Source: an uncultured Methanosarcinales archaeon (GTDB taxonomy: Archaea > Nanobdellota > Nanobdellia > Woesearchaeales > CAZKBD01). From it: a stretch of 25,420 nucleotides of DNA. Positions 13,881 through 22,225 of the stretch are shown here, piece by piece (the stretch's first letter is position 1; each line of letters starts with the position of its first letter). Position numbers and translations under genes: made by a program. The notes under the pieces were generated by a model. The model had not been told where the DNA came from. It saw only the letters and a list, made by a program, of their open reading frames with translations, and did not search any database. The stretch is from positions 16,727 to 42,146 of the forward strand of contig CAZKBD010000002.1 in the NCBI GenBank assembly GCA_964550945.1, in the 5' to 3' direction.

Positions 13881-15707
13881 ATGTGCGGGATTGTGGGGTA
13901 TATAGGCAGTAGAAAAGCTTCTTCTTTGCTAATCAAAGGAATTAAAAACCTTGAATATCGAGGATATGATTCAGCAGGCATGGCTATAATAAATAAGAAT
14001 AGGCTGCTAGTAAAAAAAGGCGTTGGAAAGATAGATGAGGTAAATAAAAAATCAAATTTTATTGAGATGGATGGCAATATTGGATTAGCGCATACGCGCT
14101 GGGCCACATGCGGTGGCATAACAAAAGAAAATGCGCACCCCCACACTGACTGCAGCGGGAAAATATCCTTGGTGCATAACGGGATTATTGAAAATCATGA
14201 TGACCTTAAAAAAGAACTGGTTAAAAATGGGCATAAGTTCAAATCAGAAACTGACACAGAAATTGTTGCGCACCTGATAGAAGAAGAGTATAAAGGGGAT
14301 TTAAAAGAAGCAACATTAAAAGCGCTGAAAAAATTAGAAGGATCATACGCATTAGGCATAATCCACGCTGACCATGAAGAGCTGATAGCTGCGAGAAATG
14401 AAAGCCCCTTAGTAATAGGCATAGGCGATAACGAGAATTTTATATCCTCTGATGTGCCAGCGATTTTGGAGTTTACTCGCAAGGTGGTTTATCTGGGTAA
14501 TAATGAGATTGCGGTCTTAAAAAAGGATAATGTTGAAGTTTTTGATTTAGATGGCAGCAAAAAACAAAAAAGAGCTGAAAAGATAGAGTGGAATGCAGAA
14601 CTGGCAGAAAAACAAGGATTCAAGCATTTTATGCTGAAAGAGATACATGAACAGCCCAGCGTTATTGCTGAGACAATAAATGGCAGATTAGAGGATTCTG
14701 ATATTTTAATAAGAGATGAGATTGGCTTAAGCGAAAATGAGATCAAGCAGATAAAGAGGATCATAATTGTTGGCTGCGGGACTTCATGGCATGCTGGCCT
14801 TGTGGGAGAATTTATGATAGAAGAGCTTGCGCAAATTCCTGTTGAGGTTGAATATGCTTCTGAGTTTAGGTATAGAAACCCAATTGTTGACAAAAACACC
14901 ATAGTAATTGCTATCTCGCAAAGTGGCGAGACAGCAGACACATTAGCTGCTTTAAGAGAAGCCAAGAAAAAAGGAGCTAAAATACTTTCAATCGTTAATG
15001 TTAAAGGAAGTTCGATAGCTCGCGAGTCAGATATTGTTATTGACACCAGAGCAGGGCCTGAAATTGGTGTTGCTTCAACAAAAGCTTTCACAAGCCAATT
15101 AGTGATACTTTATCTGATTACAGTCTATTTTGGAAAAATTAAGGGGCTATTGCCTAAAGAGCAGATTGCAAACAGAGTGAGAGATTTAAGAAAACTGCCA
15201 TTGCAGATACAAGCTGTTTTAGAGGAGGAAGAGTATATCAAGCTTCACGCAAAGCAATTCTATAAGAAAACAAACGCATTGTACTTAGGAAGAGGAATAA
15301 ATTTCCCAATTGCCTTGGAAGGAGCCTTAAAGCTGAAGGAAGTAAGCTATATCCATGCAGAAGGATATCCTGCTGCTGAGATGAAGCATGGGCCTATTGC
15401 GCTTATAGACAAAGAAATGCCTGTCGTGTTTATTGCAACACAGGATAACAGGACTTATAAGAAAGTTCTGAATAACATAGAAGAGATAAAAACAAGAGGG
15501 GGCATAATAATAGCGATTGAAACAAACGGAGATGAATATGTCAAAAAAATAGTGGACCATAACTTCTATGTGCCAAAAACATCTTACATCTTAACTCCAA
15601 TACTAGCTGTTATTCCGTTGCAGATATTAGCATATTATATTGCTGTGCTGCGCGGATTAGATCCGGACAAGCCAAGGTCATTGGCAAAGAGCGTGACTGT
15701 GGAATGA
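13881..15707 (+). CDS. glmS: glutamine--fructose-6-phosphate aminotransferase (isomerising)
   Basis: Ntn-amidotransferase start MCGIVGYIG, two SIS domains (GCGTSWHAG, SQSGETADT) and the characteristic C-terminus LAKSVTVE. Confidence 0.95.
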   Translation: MCGIVGYIGSRKASSLLIKGIKNLEYRGYDSAGMAIINKNRLLVKKGVGKIDEVNKKSNFIEMDGNIGLAHTRWATCGGITKENAHPHTDCSGKISLVHNGIIENHDDLKKELVKNGHKFKSETDTEIVAHLIEEEYKGDLKEATLKALKKLEGSYALGIIHADHEELIAARNESPLVIGIGDNENFISSDVPAILEFTRKVVYLGNNEIAVLKKDNVEVFDLDGSKKQKRAEKIEWNAELAEKQGFKHFMLKEIHEQPSVIAETINGRLEDSDILIRDEIGLSENEIKQIKRIIIVGCGTSWHAGLVGEFMIEELAQIPVEVEYASEFRYRNPIVDKNTIVIAISQSGETADTLAALREAKKKGAKILSIVNVKGSSIARESDIVIDTRAGPEIGVASTKAFTSQLVILYLITVYFGKIKGLLPKEQIANRVRDLRKLPLQIQAVLEEEEYIKLHAKQFYKKTNALYLGRGINFPIALEGALKLKEVSYIHAEGYPAAEMKHGPIALIDKEMPVVFIATQDNRTYKKVLNNIEEIKTRGGIIIAIETNGDEYVKKIVDHNFYVPKTSYILTPILAVIPLQILAYYIAVLRGLDPDKPRSLAKSVTVE

Positions 15708-16171
15708 AATACAGGCAAGCAAAAAAAACAGATGCAGAAGGAATTGCAATAGTTCTGAAAGAATGCTACAATATTGACTCAATAGAGGAGGGAATGCAAG
15801 CATTCGAATTTGAAGCCAAAAAAGGAGTAACTTATATTGTTGCAGAAGAAAATGATCAAATTGTCGGATTAGTAACCTGGTTTTTTCACGGATTGCCAAA
15901 ACATCAACTGGCAGAGCTGGATAGAATAGCAGTAATCCCTAAATTCAGGGGAAAAGGAATAGCGCATGAATTATTCCATCGATTGATTGAAGATGCAAAT
16001 AAAGAACTAAACAAGCATAACAAAAGATTAAGAAAAGTGTTCTTAATGACCCACGCGTCAAATACAAGAGCGCACAAATTCTATGAGAAATTAGGCCTTA
16101 CTCATGAAGCAACATTAAAAAACCATTTCTATGAAGGAGAGGATGAGAAGATCTATTCAGGGTTTTTTTAG
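15704..16171 (+). CDS. GNAT family N-acetyltransferase
   Basis: Acetyl-CoA motif A IAVIPKFRGKGIAHELFHRLIE, with NTRAHKFYEKLGL downstream. An ATGA overlap with the glmS stop lies at 15704-15707. Confidence 0.85.
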   Translation: MKYRQAKKTDAEGIAIVLKECYNIDSIEEGMQAFEFEAKKGVTYIVAEENDQIVGLVTWFFHGLPKHQLAELDRIAVIPKFRGKGIAHELFHRLIEDANKELNKHNKRLRKVFLMTHASNTRAHKFYEKLGLTHEATLKNHFYEGEDEKIYSGFF

Positions 16172-16178
16172 CAAAAAA

Positions 16179-16186
16179 TTTAAAAT
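16179..16186 (+). promoter_or_regulatory. TATA box TTTAAAAT for the GT-C gene
   Basis: Centred about 27 nt upstream of the ATG at 16210. Confidence 0.4.
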
Positions 16187-16209
16187 ATACCTATTATAAT
16201 TAGTATATA

Positions 16210-17733
16210 ATGAATAAGAAGATAATAGTATCTGCCTTGCTTTTGATATTTCTAATCCAAGCAATTCCCTTGTTGTTCTGGATAAAAGATGACACAATGC
16301 CTCCTTCTTGGGATCAGTCCTGGCATGCCATGCTCAGCGTCAACAAATTTAATCAGTTTTTTGGCAAAACTAATTTGACTACAACAGAGCTGGAAAAAAT
16401 ATACCCCACATTTAGGCATGCAAATGCATATTACCCCCCTTTTTTTCATGTAGCCACAATCCCATTCTATTTGTTCTTAGGGTTAGAGTACGATTCAGCA
16501 TTAATGACTAACATATTCTTCCTTCTGATACTGATCATCAGTTCTTTTTTTATAGGAAAAAAACTGCATAGCTCAAAAGCAGGGTTACTAAATGCGTTTA
16601 TAGTGTCCACTATCCCTGTTTACAGTTATTTAATGAGGGATTACCTAATAGATTTCTCATTAAGCTCAATGGTTTCTCTGGGTCTTGCCTTGCTCCTCTA
16701 TGCAGATAATTTTCAAAATCTGGCATATTCTCTTTTGTTTGGCCTATCATTTGGTTTGGGTATGTTAACCAAATGGACATATGCCCTATTCCTCGTATTT
16801 CCCATCTGTTTTGCATTATTCGCGTTTATGAAGAAAAATATTTTCGAAAATGGATGGTATCGCCTTTTGTACAATATACTCTTCACATTAATAGCCGCTT
16901 CTTCTGTGATGGCCACATGGTATAACTACGCCAGAATCAAAATACTGTTACCTATGCTAAAGACCTATTCAAGTGCCGGAATTTTAGAAGGAGACCCTTC
17001 ATTCAATTCATTAAATGGGTTAACCTATTATCTTTTTGCTATGCTGAGCACTTATTCATTTTTTTATTTTTTATTGTTTGTGGTTGGCGCAGTGTTACTT
17101 ATTAAATATTACAAAAAACGAGAAATTTCAATTATGTTAATATTTAATCTTTTGGTGGTGTATTCCTTTTTTACAATTCTCTCGAATAAGGATCAAAGGT
17201 ATATAGTCCCACTATATATATTTTTATCATCCATAACTGCTGTCGGAATTTGCCTAATAAACAATAAAAAAATACGATATGCTGTAATAATCCTGGTTAT
17301 CACTGCAGGCCTTTTTCAGAATATTGCGTATAATCTCCAATCAATAAACATCAACTATGAACTCCGAGGAATATCCCTTCTTAATACACAAGGAAAACAC
17401 CCAGGCTCTTCAGATATAGACATTAATGAGATAATGCTGGCTATAAGCAATTCTAACAAAGGAATACCCTCTTCTGTTTGCATTATTTCTGAGTCAGAAA
17501 TTTTGAACGACATCAACATACCCTATTATTCAATTAAAGGCAATTATCCAGCAAGCTACATGGTAGGCAATGGATGCAACCCTCTAAAATTTGATTATAC
17601 AGTTATAGGGCCTATTGAAGAGACATGGAGGTCTCAGCTATTTGAGCAATCAAAGAGCATGTTGCAGAAAAATATCCACCAATTTAAACAGATTTATTCT
17701 GTTGGAGATGTTAATATTTATAGACGCACATAA
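16210..17733 (+). CDS. GT-C fold membrane glycosyltransferase (ArnT/PMT_2-like, GT39/GT83-like)
   Basis: At least 10 predicted TM helices. The first loop carries acidic KDD followed by PPSWDQSWHA. A soluble C-terminal domain of about 130 aa follows. Confidence 0.7.
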   Translation: MNKKIIVSALLLIFLIQAIPLLFWIKDDTMPPSWDQSWHAMLSVNKFNQFFGKTNLTTTELEKIYPTFRHANAYYPPFFHVATIPFYLFLGLEYDSALMTNIFFLLILIISSFFIGKKLHSSKAGLLNAFIVSTIPVYSYLMRDYLIDFSLSSMVSLGLALLLYADNFQNLAYSLLFGLSFGLGMLTKWTYALFLVFPICFALFAFMKKNIFENGWYRLLYNILFTLIAASSVMATWYNYARIKILLPMLKTYSSAGILEGDPSFNSLNGLTYYLFAMLSTYSFFYFLLFVVGAVLLIKYYKKREISIMLIFNLLVVYSFFTILSNKDQRYIVPLYIFLSSITAVGICLINNKKIRYAVIILVITAGLFQNIAYNLQSININYELRGISLLNTQGKHPGSSDIDINEIMLAISNSNKGIPSSVCIISESEILNDINIPYYSIKGNYPASYMVGNGCNPLKFDYTVIGPIEETWRSQLFEQSKSMLQKNIHQFKQIYSVGDVNIYRRT

Positions 17734-17744
17734 AATAAATAAAA
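17731..17744 (-). terminator. T-rich tract (GTTTTATTTATTTTA on minus strand) after eL14, candidate end of the ribosomal operon
   Basis: Lies immediately downstream of the eL14 stop in a 12-nt convergent gap and overlaps the GT-C stop codon. Confidence 0.3.
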
Positions 17745-17745
17745 C

Positions 17746-18153
17746 CTACTTTGGCTGTTCTTCCTTATTTATTTTAGGCTCTTTCTTCTCTGTCGAATCT
17801 TTCTTTTTCTTAACTTCCTTCTTTTTCTCTTTCTTCTTGGGCTTTTCTTTGCTCTCTTCTTCAGCCTTTGCTTTGCCTCTCAGCTTTTTAGGCCTTTCTG
17901 TCTTTTCCTTGGGCTTTGTTTCCCTAACCTTAAGACCTAATTTCTCAAATTCCTTGCTGACAGCTGAGTGAGGAGCATTTTTCTCAATTTGGATGACCTG
18001 ATCCAACGGCTCCAAATGAGCAACACTGCATTTCCTTCTTCTTGTTTCTCCATCTATCATAACATAGTTATCATCTAAAATCTCTATTACAGCGCATTTA
18101 CAGCCGGAATCTCTTCCTGCTGTTTTTACACACAATCTGCCTATCTCAATCAT
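17746..18153 (-). CDS. rpl14e: ribosomal protein eL14 with a Lys/Glu-rich C-terminal tail of about 60 aa
   Basis: KOW-type core IEIGRLCVKTAGRDSGCKCAVIEILDDNYVMIDG. GAGGT lies 4 nt upstream of the ATG, inside the eL34 gene end. Confidence 0.85.
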   Translation of the reverse strand: MIEIGRLCVKTAGRDSGCKCAVIEILDDNYVMIDGETRRRKCSVAHLEPLDQVIQIEKNAPHSAVSKEFEKLGLKVRETKPKEKTERPKKLRGKAKAEEESKEKPKKKEKKKEVKKKKDSTEKKEPKINKEEQPK

Positions 18154-18419
18154 TTTGACCTCGCATTTGCAATTATTAATCTCCTAGAGCAGCCTGAGCA
18201 CAAAACACCACCATATGGCCTTTCAGGCCTTTTTTTTGTTTTTGGCATGTTTCGCATTTTATACGGCCGTTCAGCAGCAACTCCTTTAAGTATAGCCCCA
18301 CATCTGCCGCATTTGGCTTTTGCAGGCTTTCTATACCTATAATGAAGTACTGTCCTTCCACCTGGTGTTTTTACAAATACTCTTCGAAAAGTTCTTGATT
18401 TATATTTTCCGGAAACCAT
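18150..18419 (-). CDS. rpl34e: ribosomal protein eL34
   Basis: SRTFRRVFVKTPGGRTVLHYRYRKPAKAKCGRCGAILKG...CSGCSRRLI is the zinc-ribbon eL34 pattern. A GAGGT SD lies upstream. Confidence 0.9.
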   Translation of the reverse strand: MVSGKYKSRTFRRVFVKTPGGRTVLHYRYRKPAKAKCGRCGAILKGVAAERPYKMRNMPKTKKRPERPYGGVLCSGCSRRLIIANARSK

Positions 18420-18429
18420 TTTTTTTACC

Positions 18430-19173
18430 TCAATACAATTTCATTAATTTTCTTAGTAGCATGCTAAACACAATTGAAAATATAATATAACTGCCAAGCC
18501 AGCCAATCTTCCAGCCAAACAAATTAAGCATTTTTAATGGAGCATTATCGATCTGGATTGTTTTAATTTTTGAGTCTTTTAATTTAGTGATTGGCTCTTT
18601 ATAATTCTGTTCGTTGGTTATCAAAACGTCTTTTTTATAAGTTTGGCCATCAAATTTATACTCTAATTGGTATTCGCCTTCATTACCCATCAAAAGCCAA
18701 CTAACTTTGCTATCCTTAATCTCTTTGGTAGCATTGCTATCAATCGTTATCCCTTTTGGGAAAGAGGATAATTCAATATTTCCATCCATATTCTCAGCAA
18801 ATTGCACTGTTGTAGTAAAATCCTGGCCCGGCCTTATTGGCTCATAAGCAAGATGAGCAGTCATCCAGCCAAATATAATGATTATAGGTATAAATGTAAA
18901 CAATGTTGATTTCATGCTCTGCATCATATACTTCATGTTTACTTCCATTGCCTTTTTCTGGACAGCCATCATCTTTTGAGGATCCTGCTTGAGCTCTTTT
19001 ATCTGCTTCTGGAATGATTTCATCTCTTCCTTAAGGCTTTTCATCAAATCCTGATTAGTTGTATATTTGTATATGACGCTGATAATCAAAGCTATTATGA
19101 ATGAAATCAAAATAAGAGCTAATAATATTGGCAGCTTCAATAATGGATTAAGCACTGGATCTAAAAATGCCAT
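18430..19173 (-). CDS. DUF106 / Oxa1-superfamily (YidC-like, EMC3/TMCO1-related) membrane protein with an inserted loop domain
   Basis: The layout is TM1 (LPILLALILISFIIALIISVIY), a cytosolic coiled coil (LMKSLKEEMKSFQKQIKELKQDPQKMMAVQKKAMEVNMKYMMQSMK), TM2, and then a C-terminal TM. It occupies the conserved position directly after secY. Confidence 0.7.
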   Translation of the reverse strand: MAFLDPVLNPLLKLPILLALILISFIIALIISVIYKYTTNQDLMKSLKEEMKSFQKQIKELKQDPQKMMAVQKKAMEVNMKYMMQSMKSTLFTFIPIIIIFGWMTAHLAYEPIRPGQDFTTTVQFAENMDGNIELSSFPKGITIDSNATKEIKDSKVSWLLMGNEGEYQLEYKFDGQTYKKDVLITNEQNYKEPITKLKDSKIKTIQIDNAPLKMLNLFGWKIGWLGSYIIFSIVFSMLLRKLMKLY

Positions 19174-20592
19174 CTAAACGCCACCTACAAATTTTCTTAG
19201 CATAGGATTCATGTCCATCATGTGCTGTTTTGCAATCTCCTCATAAAGCCTGTAAACAATCATAACTGTAAGCAAAATGCCTGTGCCTCTGCTTAAAGCT
19301 CCACTTAAATCAGCTATTCCAGCTAACAGACCAATAGCAGCGCCGCCCATAATTGTTAAAGGCCATATATACCTATTGAGCAGCCTTTCTAGGACTCTTT
19401 CATCTCTTCTAAATCCTGGAATCTGCAAACCCGAGCTCATCATCTGCTTTGCCTGGCTTCTTGCATCCATGCCTGCTGTCTGGACCCAAAATACGCTAAA
19501 TAAGATAGATCCACCAATCATAAATATCAGGTAAACAATAGCCTGCAGAACTATTGAGCCGTTAATACTTCCGGTGATTACTGATCTAACAATATCTGGG
19601 CTATTGATCAGCCTTACCAGCCCTGACATTGGAGAACCGCTTGCATCAAAGCTTCCCAATATTGGCCAGCCCCAATTTTGCAATAATCTGCCCCATAACT
19701 GCATGTTGGCCATCAAAGCAGCTACAAGAATAACTGGAATGTTGCTTGTATAAAAGAATGACAAAGGCCATCTTATTCCATGACCCCTTATACGGCCAAA
19801 ACTTAGAGGAATTTCAACTTTCATTGCCTGGCCATAAACCGATATTGCGAATACTATAATAGTTGATAAAATTGCTGCAATTTTCAAAGCAGCAGTAATG
19901 GGATCGCCTGCTGCCAAACTCTGAAACAAAGCAGGAACTGCTCCAGCTGCATATGTAGCCCCTGTTACTCCGCCTGGGCCAGGAAGCCAATTGAATGCCT
20001 GAATAAATATCTCCTGGCTGACTCCAGCTGCAATGAACAAGCTAACTCCAGAGCCAAAGCCCCATTTGCTTACAACTTCATCCATGAATAATATCATTAT
20101 TCCGCCAAGTGTTAACTGAAAGACAAGCAATAATTGCAATATATTATACAATGGAACCCCTTTTGTTACAATGCCTGCAAAACCTTCTGGTGATAACCCC
20201 CCCATGTAAACATAAATTGCACCTTCAAATATTATAAAAAAGACTGAAAGTAATTTTTGGATGCCCTGAAAAGTCTTCTTGCCTTCTGGCTTTGTTAAAT
20301 CGAACTTTACAATTCCTGAACCGTTTAATAGCTGCAGGACGATTGAAGAAGTTACTATGGGGCCTATACCTAAAGATATTATAGAGCCAAACTTAGCTCC
20401 CAGAATAATCGAGAGGTATTCAAATCTTTGCAGAGCATTACTGCCAAGCCCAAACAATGGCAGCAAACCCAGAACAAAATACAGGACTAGAACTATTCCG
20501 GTCCACTTTAACTTCTCTTTAAAGGAAAGCCTTTTTTGAGTAGGACCTGCTACTTCAGGAAGATTATGAATAAACTCGTTCCATATACCCAT
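19174..20592 (-). CDS. secY: preprotein translocase subunit SecY
   Basis: 472 aa with 10 TM helices. Typical archaeal N-terminus PEVAGPTQKRLSFKEKLKWTGIVLVLYF, and the operon position after uL15. Confidence 0.95.
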   Translation of the reverse strand: MGIWNEFIHNLPEVAGPTQKRLSFKEKLKWTGIVLVLYFVLGLLPLFGLGSNALQRFEYLSIILGAKFGSIISLGIGPIVTSSIVLQLLNGSGIVKFDLTKPEGKKTFQGIQKLLSVFFIIFEGAIYVYMGGLSPEGFAGIVTKGVPLYNILQLLLVFQLTLGGIMILFMDEVVSKWGFGSGVSLFIAAGVSQEIFIQAFNWLPGPGGVTGATYAAGAVPALFQSLAAGDPITAALKIAAILSTIIVFAISVYGQAMKVEIPLSFGRIRGHGIRWPLSFFYTSNIPVILVAALMANMQLWGRLLQNWGWPILGSFDASGSPMSGLVRLINSPDIVRSVITGSINGSIVLQAIVYLIFMIGGSILFSVFWVQTAGMDARSQAKQMMSSGLQIPGFRRDERVLERLLNRYIWPLTIMGGAAIGLLAGIADLSGALSRGTGILLTVMIVYRLYEEIAKQHMMDMNPMLRKFVGGV

Positions 20593-20593
20593 C

Positions 20594-21046
20594 TTAGCCC
20601 TCTTGGTTCAATAGTATAAGCTGTCCACCGGCTTTTTCTATTTTAGCACTAACATTGCCAGAAGCATATTTTGATGTTATCTTTAATTTTTTTGTAACCT
20701 TGCCTTTGCCTAATAGCTTATTATATCCTAATTTTTGCAGATCAACAACAAAAACATCATTATTCTTTTCAATAAGTTTGCTTGATAAAAATGATTCGAC
20801 CTTTTCATCAATATACCCTATATTGATAGTCTTAATCTCTTCCTTATTGCCGCCTGGCCTAAAGCCCAATTTACCAAAATACCTTTCTTTCCAGTGGAGT
20901 GGTTTCATCTGGTCTGCTCTTTTTCCTGTACCAGCTAGGCCCCGTCCTCCCCTGTTTCCTGCTCCTCGATGTTTTTTCATGGCACCCCATCCATGAGTGG
21001 TTGAGCCATGCTGCCTTGAATTCTTTTTTCTTTTTCTGACTACCAT
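20594..21046 (-). CDS. rpl15: ribosomal protein uL15
   Basis: Gly/Arg-rich N-terminus HGWGAMKKHRGAGNRGGRGLAGTGKR, and the operon position. Confidence 0.9.
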   Translation of the reverse strand: MVVRKRKKNSRQHGSTTHGWGAMKKHRGAGNRGGRGLAGTGKRADQMKPLHWKERYFGKLGFRPGGNKEEIKTINIGYIDEKVESFLSSKLIEKNNDVFVVDLQKLGYNKLLGKGKVTKKLKITSKYASGNVSAKIEKAGGQLILLNQEG

Positions 21047-21429
21047 CAGATCATCCTCTTGATCAAATCATTGATCTTTTTGCCCCTATACCCTAAGGCT
21101 CCACCAGCGTTAAAACCTATCTTAATGCCTTTTCTTTCAAAACCCTTTCTTGGCGGGCTTAATCTAAAGAATTTCTTCATCACTTCTTTTCCATCTTTAT
21201 CCTTGGATTTTTGGCCTCGTTTTTCAATCAATAATTTAAGAACATCATCATCAATTTCACCATAGGTTATATAATCCTTGGCCTTCTTCACCATGCCTAA
21301 AATCTCCAGCTTGTCATCAAGAATAACACAGGAGTTATTTCTATACAAGTGCAGCATATCCAAAGTGTCCTTTACGGTTTTTTTGACACCTATATTCCCT
21401 CTAATCCGTATAACAGCTATTTTACTCAT
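21046..21429 (-). CDS. rpl30: ribosomal protein uL30
   Basis: IAVIRIRGNIGVKKTVKDTLDMLHLYRNNSCVI, with its stop overlapping the uL15 start by 1 nt. Confidence 0.9.
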   Translation of the reverse strand: MSKIAVIRIRGNIGVKKTVKDTLDMLHLYRNNSCVILDDKLEILGMVKKAKDYITYGEIDDDVLKLLIEKRGQKSKDKDGKEVMKKFFRLSPPRKGFERKGIKIGFNAGGALGYRGKKINDLIKRMI

Positions 21430-22225
21430 TTTCTTTGCTCTCTTTCTCTTTGCTATCTTTGAATCCCTCTATTATCCCTAGATCTTTGAAAGTTTTAGAA
21501 GGGACTTTTGTCAATATAAGATTTTTTAATGCATCATAACATGCATAAATCATGTTTATTTTGCTTCTTGTTTGCCCTCTTGTCTTGGACCATATATCTT
21601 TTATGCCAGCAGCTTTCATAATCTTTTGGCATTCTTTTTCAATCGTTAGTCCAGTGCCTCTAGGAGCAGGCATCAGCTTAATCCTTACAGAACCGCATTT
21701 CCCAGTCACTCCAAATGGAATGGTATGAGGCTGCTTGCATCCACACTGCCAGCTTCCACATCCTCTTCTTATCTTGATAATATTCAATTTAGCATTTCTA
21801 ATTGCCTTTTCTCGAGCAGGAACGGTTTCTTTGGATTTTCCATAGCCTATCCCGATATAACCGTCTTCATTGCCTACAATAGCAAATGCTGCAAATTTTG
21901 GCTTATTGCCTTCCTGCGTCTTTTTCTGGGTCTGCTTGAAAACTCTTCTCTGGCCGCCACCAAATTTTCCCTTGGATTGGCCAATCAGCATCAATTCGGT
22001 AGTCATATTTGGCAAAAGCGCATCAGTTATTTCGGGCTCCATTATCTTTAATCCGTTGTCTAATATCTCTGCAATGTTTGTTATCTCGCCGTTTTTCACT
22101 TTTTTACCTAACAATGTCCTCGGTTTCCAAGCTTCTTTATCAAATGAGCTGACTATTTTAGTTTCTACTTCCTTCTTTTCAATCTCTTGGATAATAACCT
22201 CTTCGGTATCTTTTTCGTCTGCCAT
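21422..22225 (-). CDS. rps5: ribosomal protein uS5
   Basis: dsRBD-like and S5 C-domain motifs (FAAFAIVGNEDGYIGIGYGKSKETVPAIRNA..., GTGLTIEKECQKIMKAAGIKDIWS). Acidic N-terminal extension and a KE-rich C-terminal extension. Confidence 0.9.
   Translation of the reverse strand: MADEKDTEEVIIQEIEKKEVETKIVSSFDKEAWKPRTLLGKKVKNGEITNIAEILDNGLKIMEPEITDALLPNMTTELMLIGQSKGKFGGGQRRVFKQTQKKTQEGNKPKFAAFAIVGNEDGYIGIGYGKSKETVPAREKAIRNAKLNIIKIRRGCGSWQCGCKQPHTIPFGVTGKCGSVRIKLMPAPRGTGLTIEKECQKIMKAAGIKDIWSKTRGQTRSKINMIYACYDALKNLILTKVPSKTFKDLGIIEGFKDSKEKESKENE

Noticed and set aside
13814-14146. 110-aa minus-strand ORF spanning the PAN-glmS intergenic region
   Set aside because: It overlaps the glmS N-terminus (MCGIVGY) and its TATA box, and the sequence has no recognisable features.
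14489-15091. 200-aa minus-strand ORF (plus 14195-14482 and 15327-15560) inside glmS
   Set aside because: It is antisense to an unambiguous glmS reading frame, and the translation has no recognisable motifs.
17760-17930. Pyrimidine-rich low-complexity DNA (ctttcttctt-type), and the similar tract at 23270-23460, considered as possible tandem repeat or CRISPR-like arrays
   Set aside because: There is no fixed repeat unit or spacer periodicity. Both tracts are fully explained as coding sequence for the Lys/Glu-rich tails on the minus strand.
17615-17971. 118-aa plus-strand ORF overlapping the GT-C gene end and the eL14 tail
   Set aside because: This is the same artefact, antisense to the KE-rich eL14 tail. 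It overlaps two well-supported genes.
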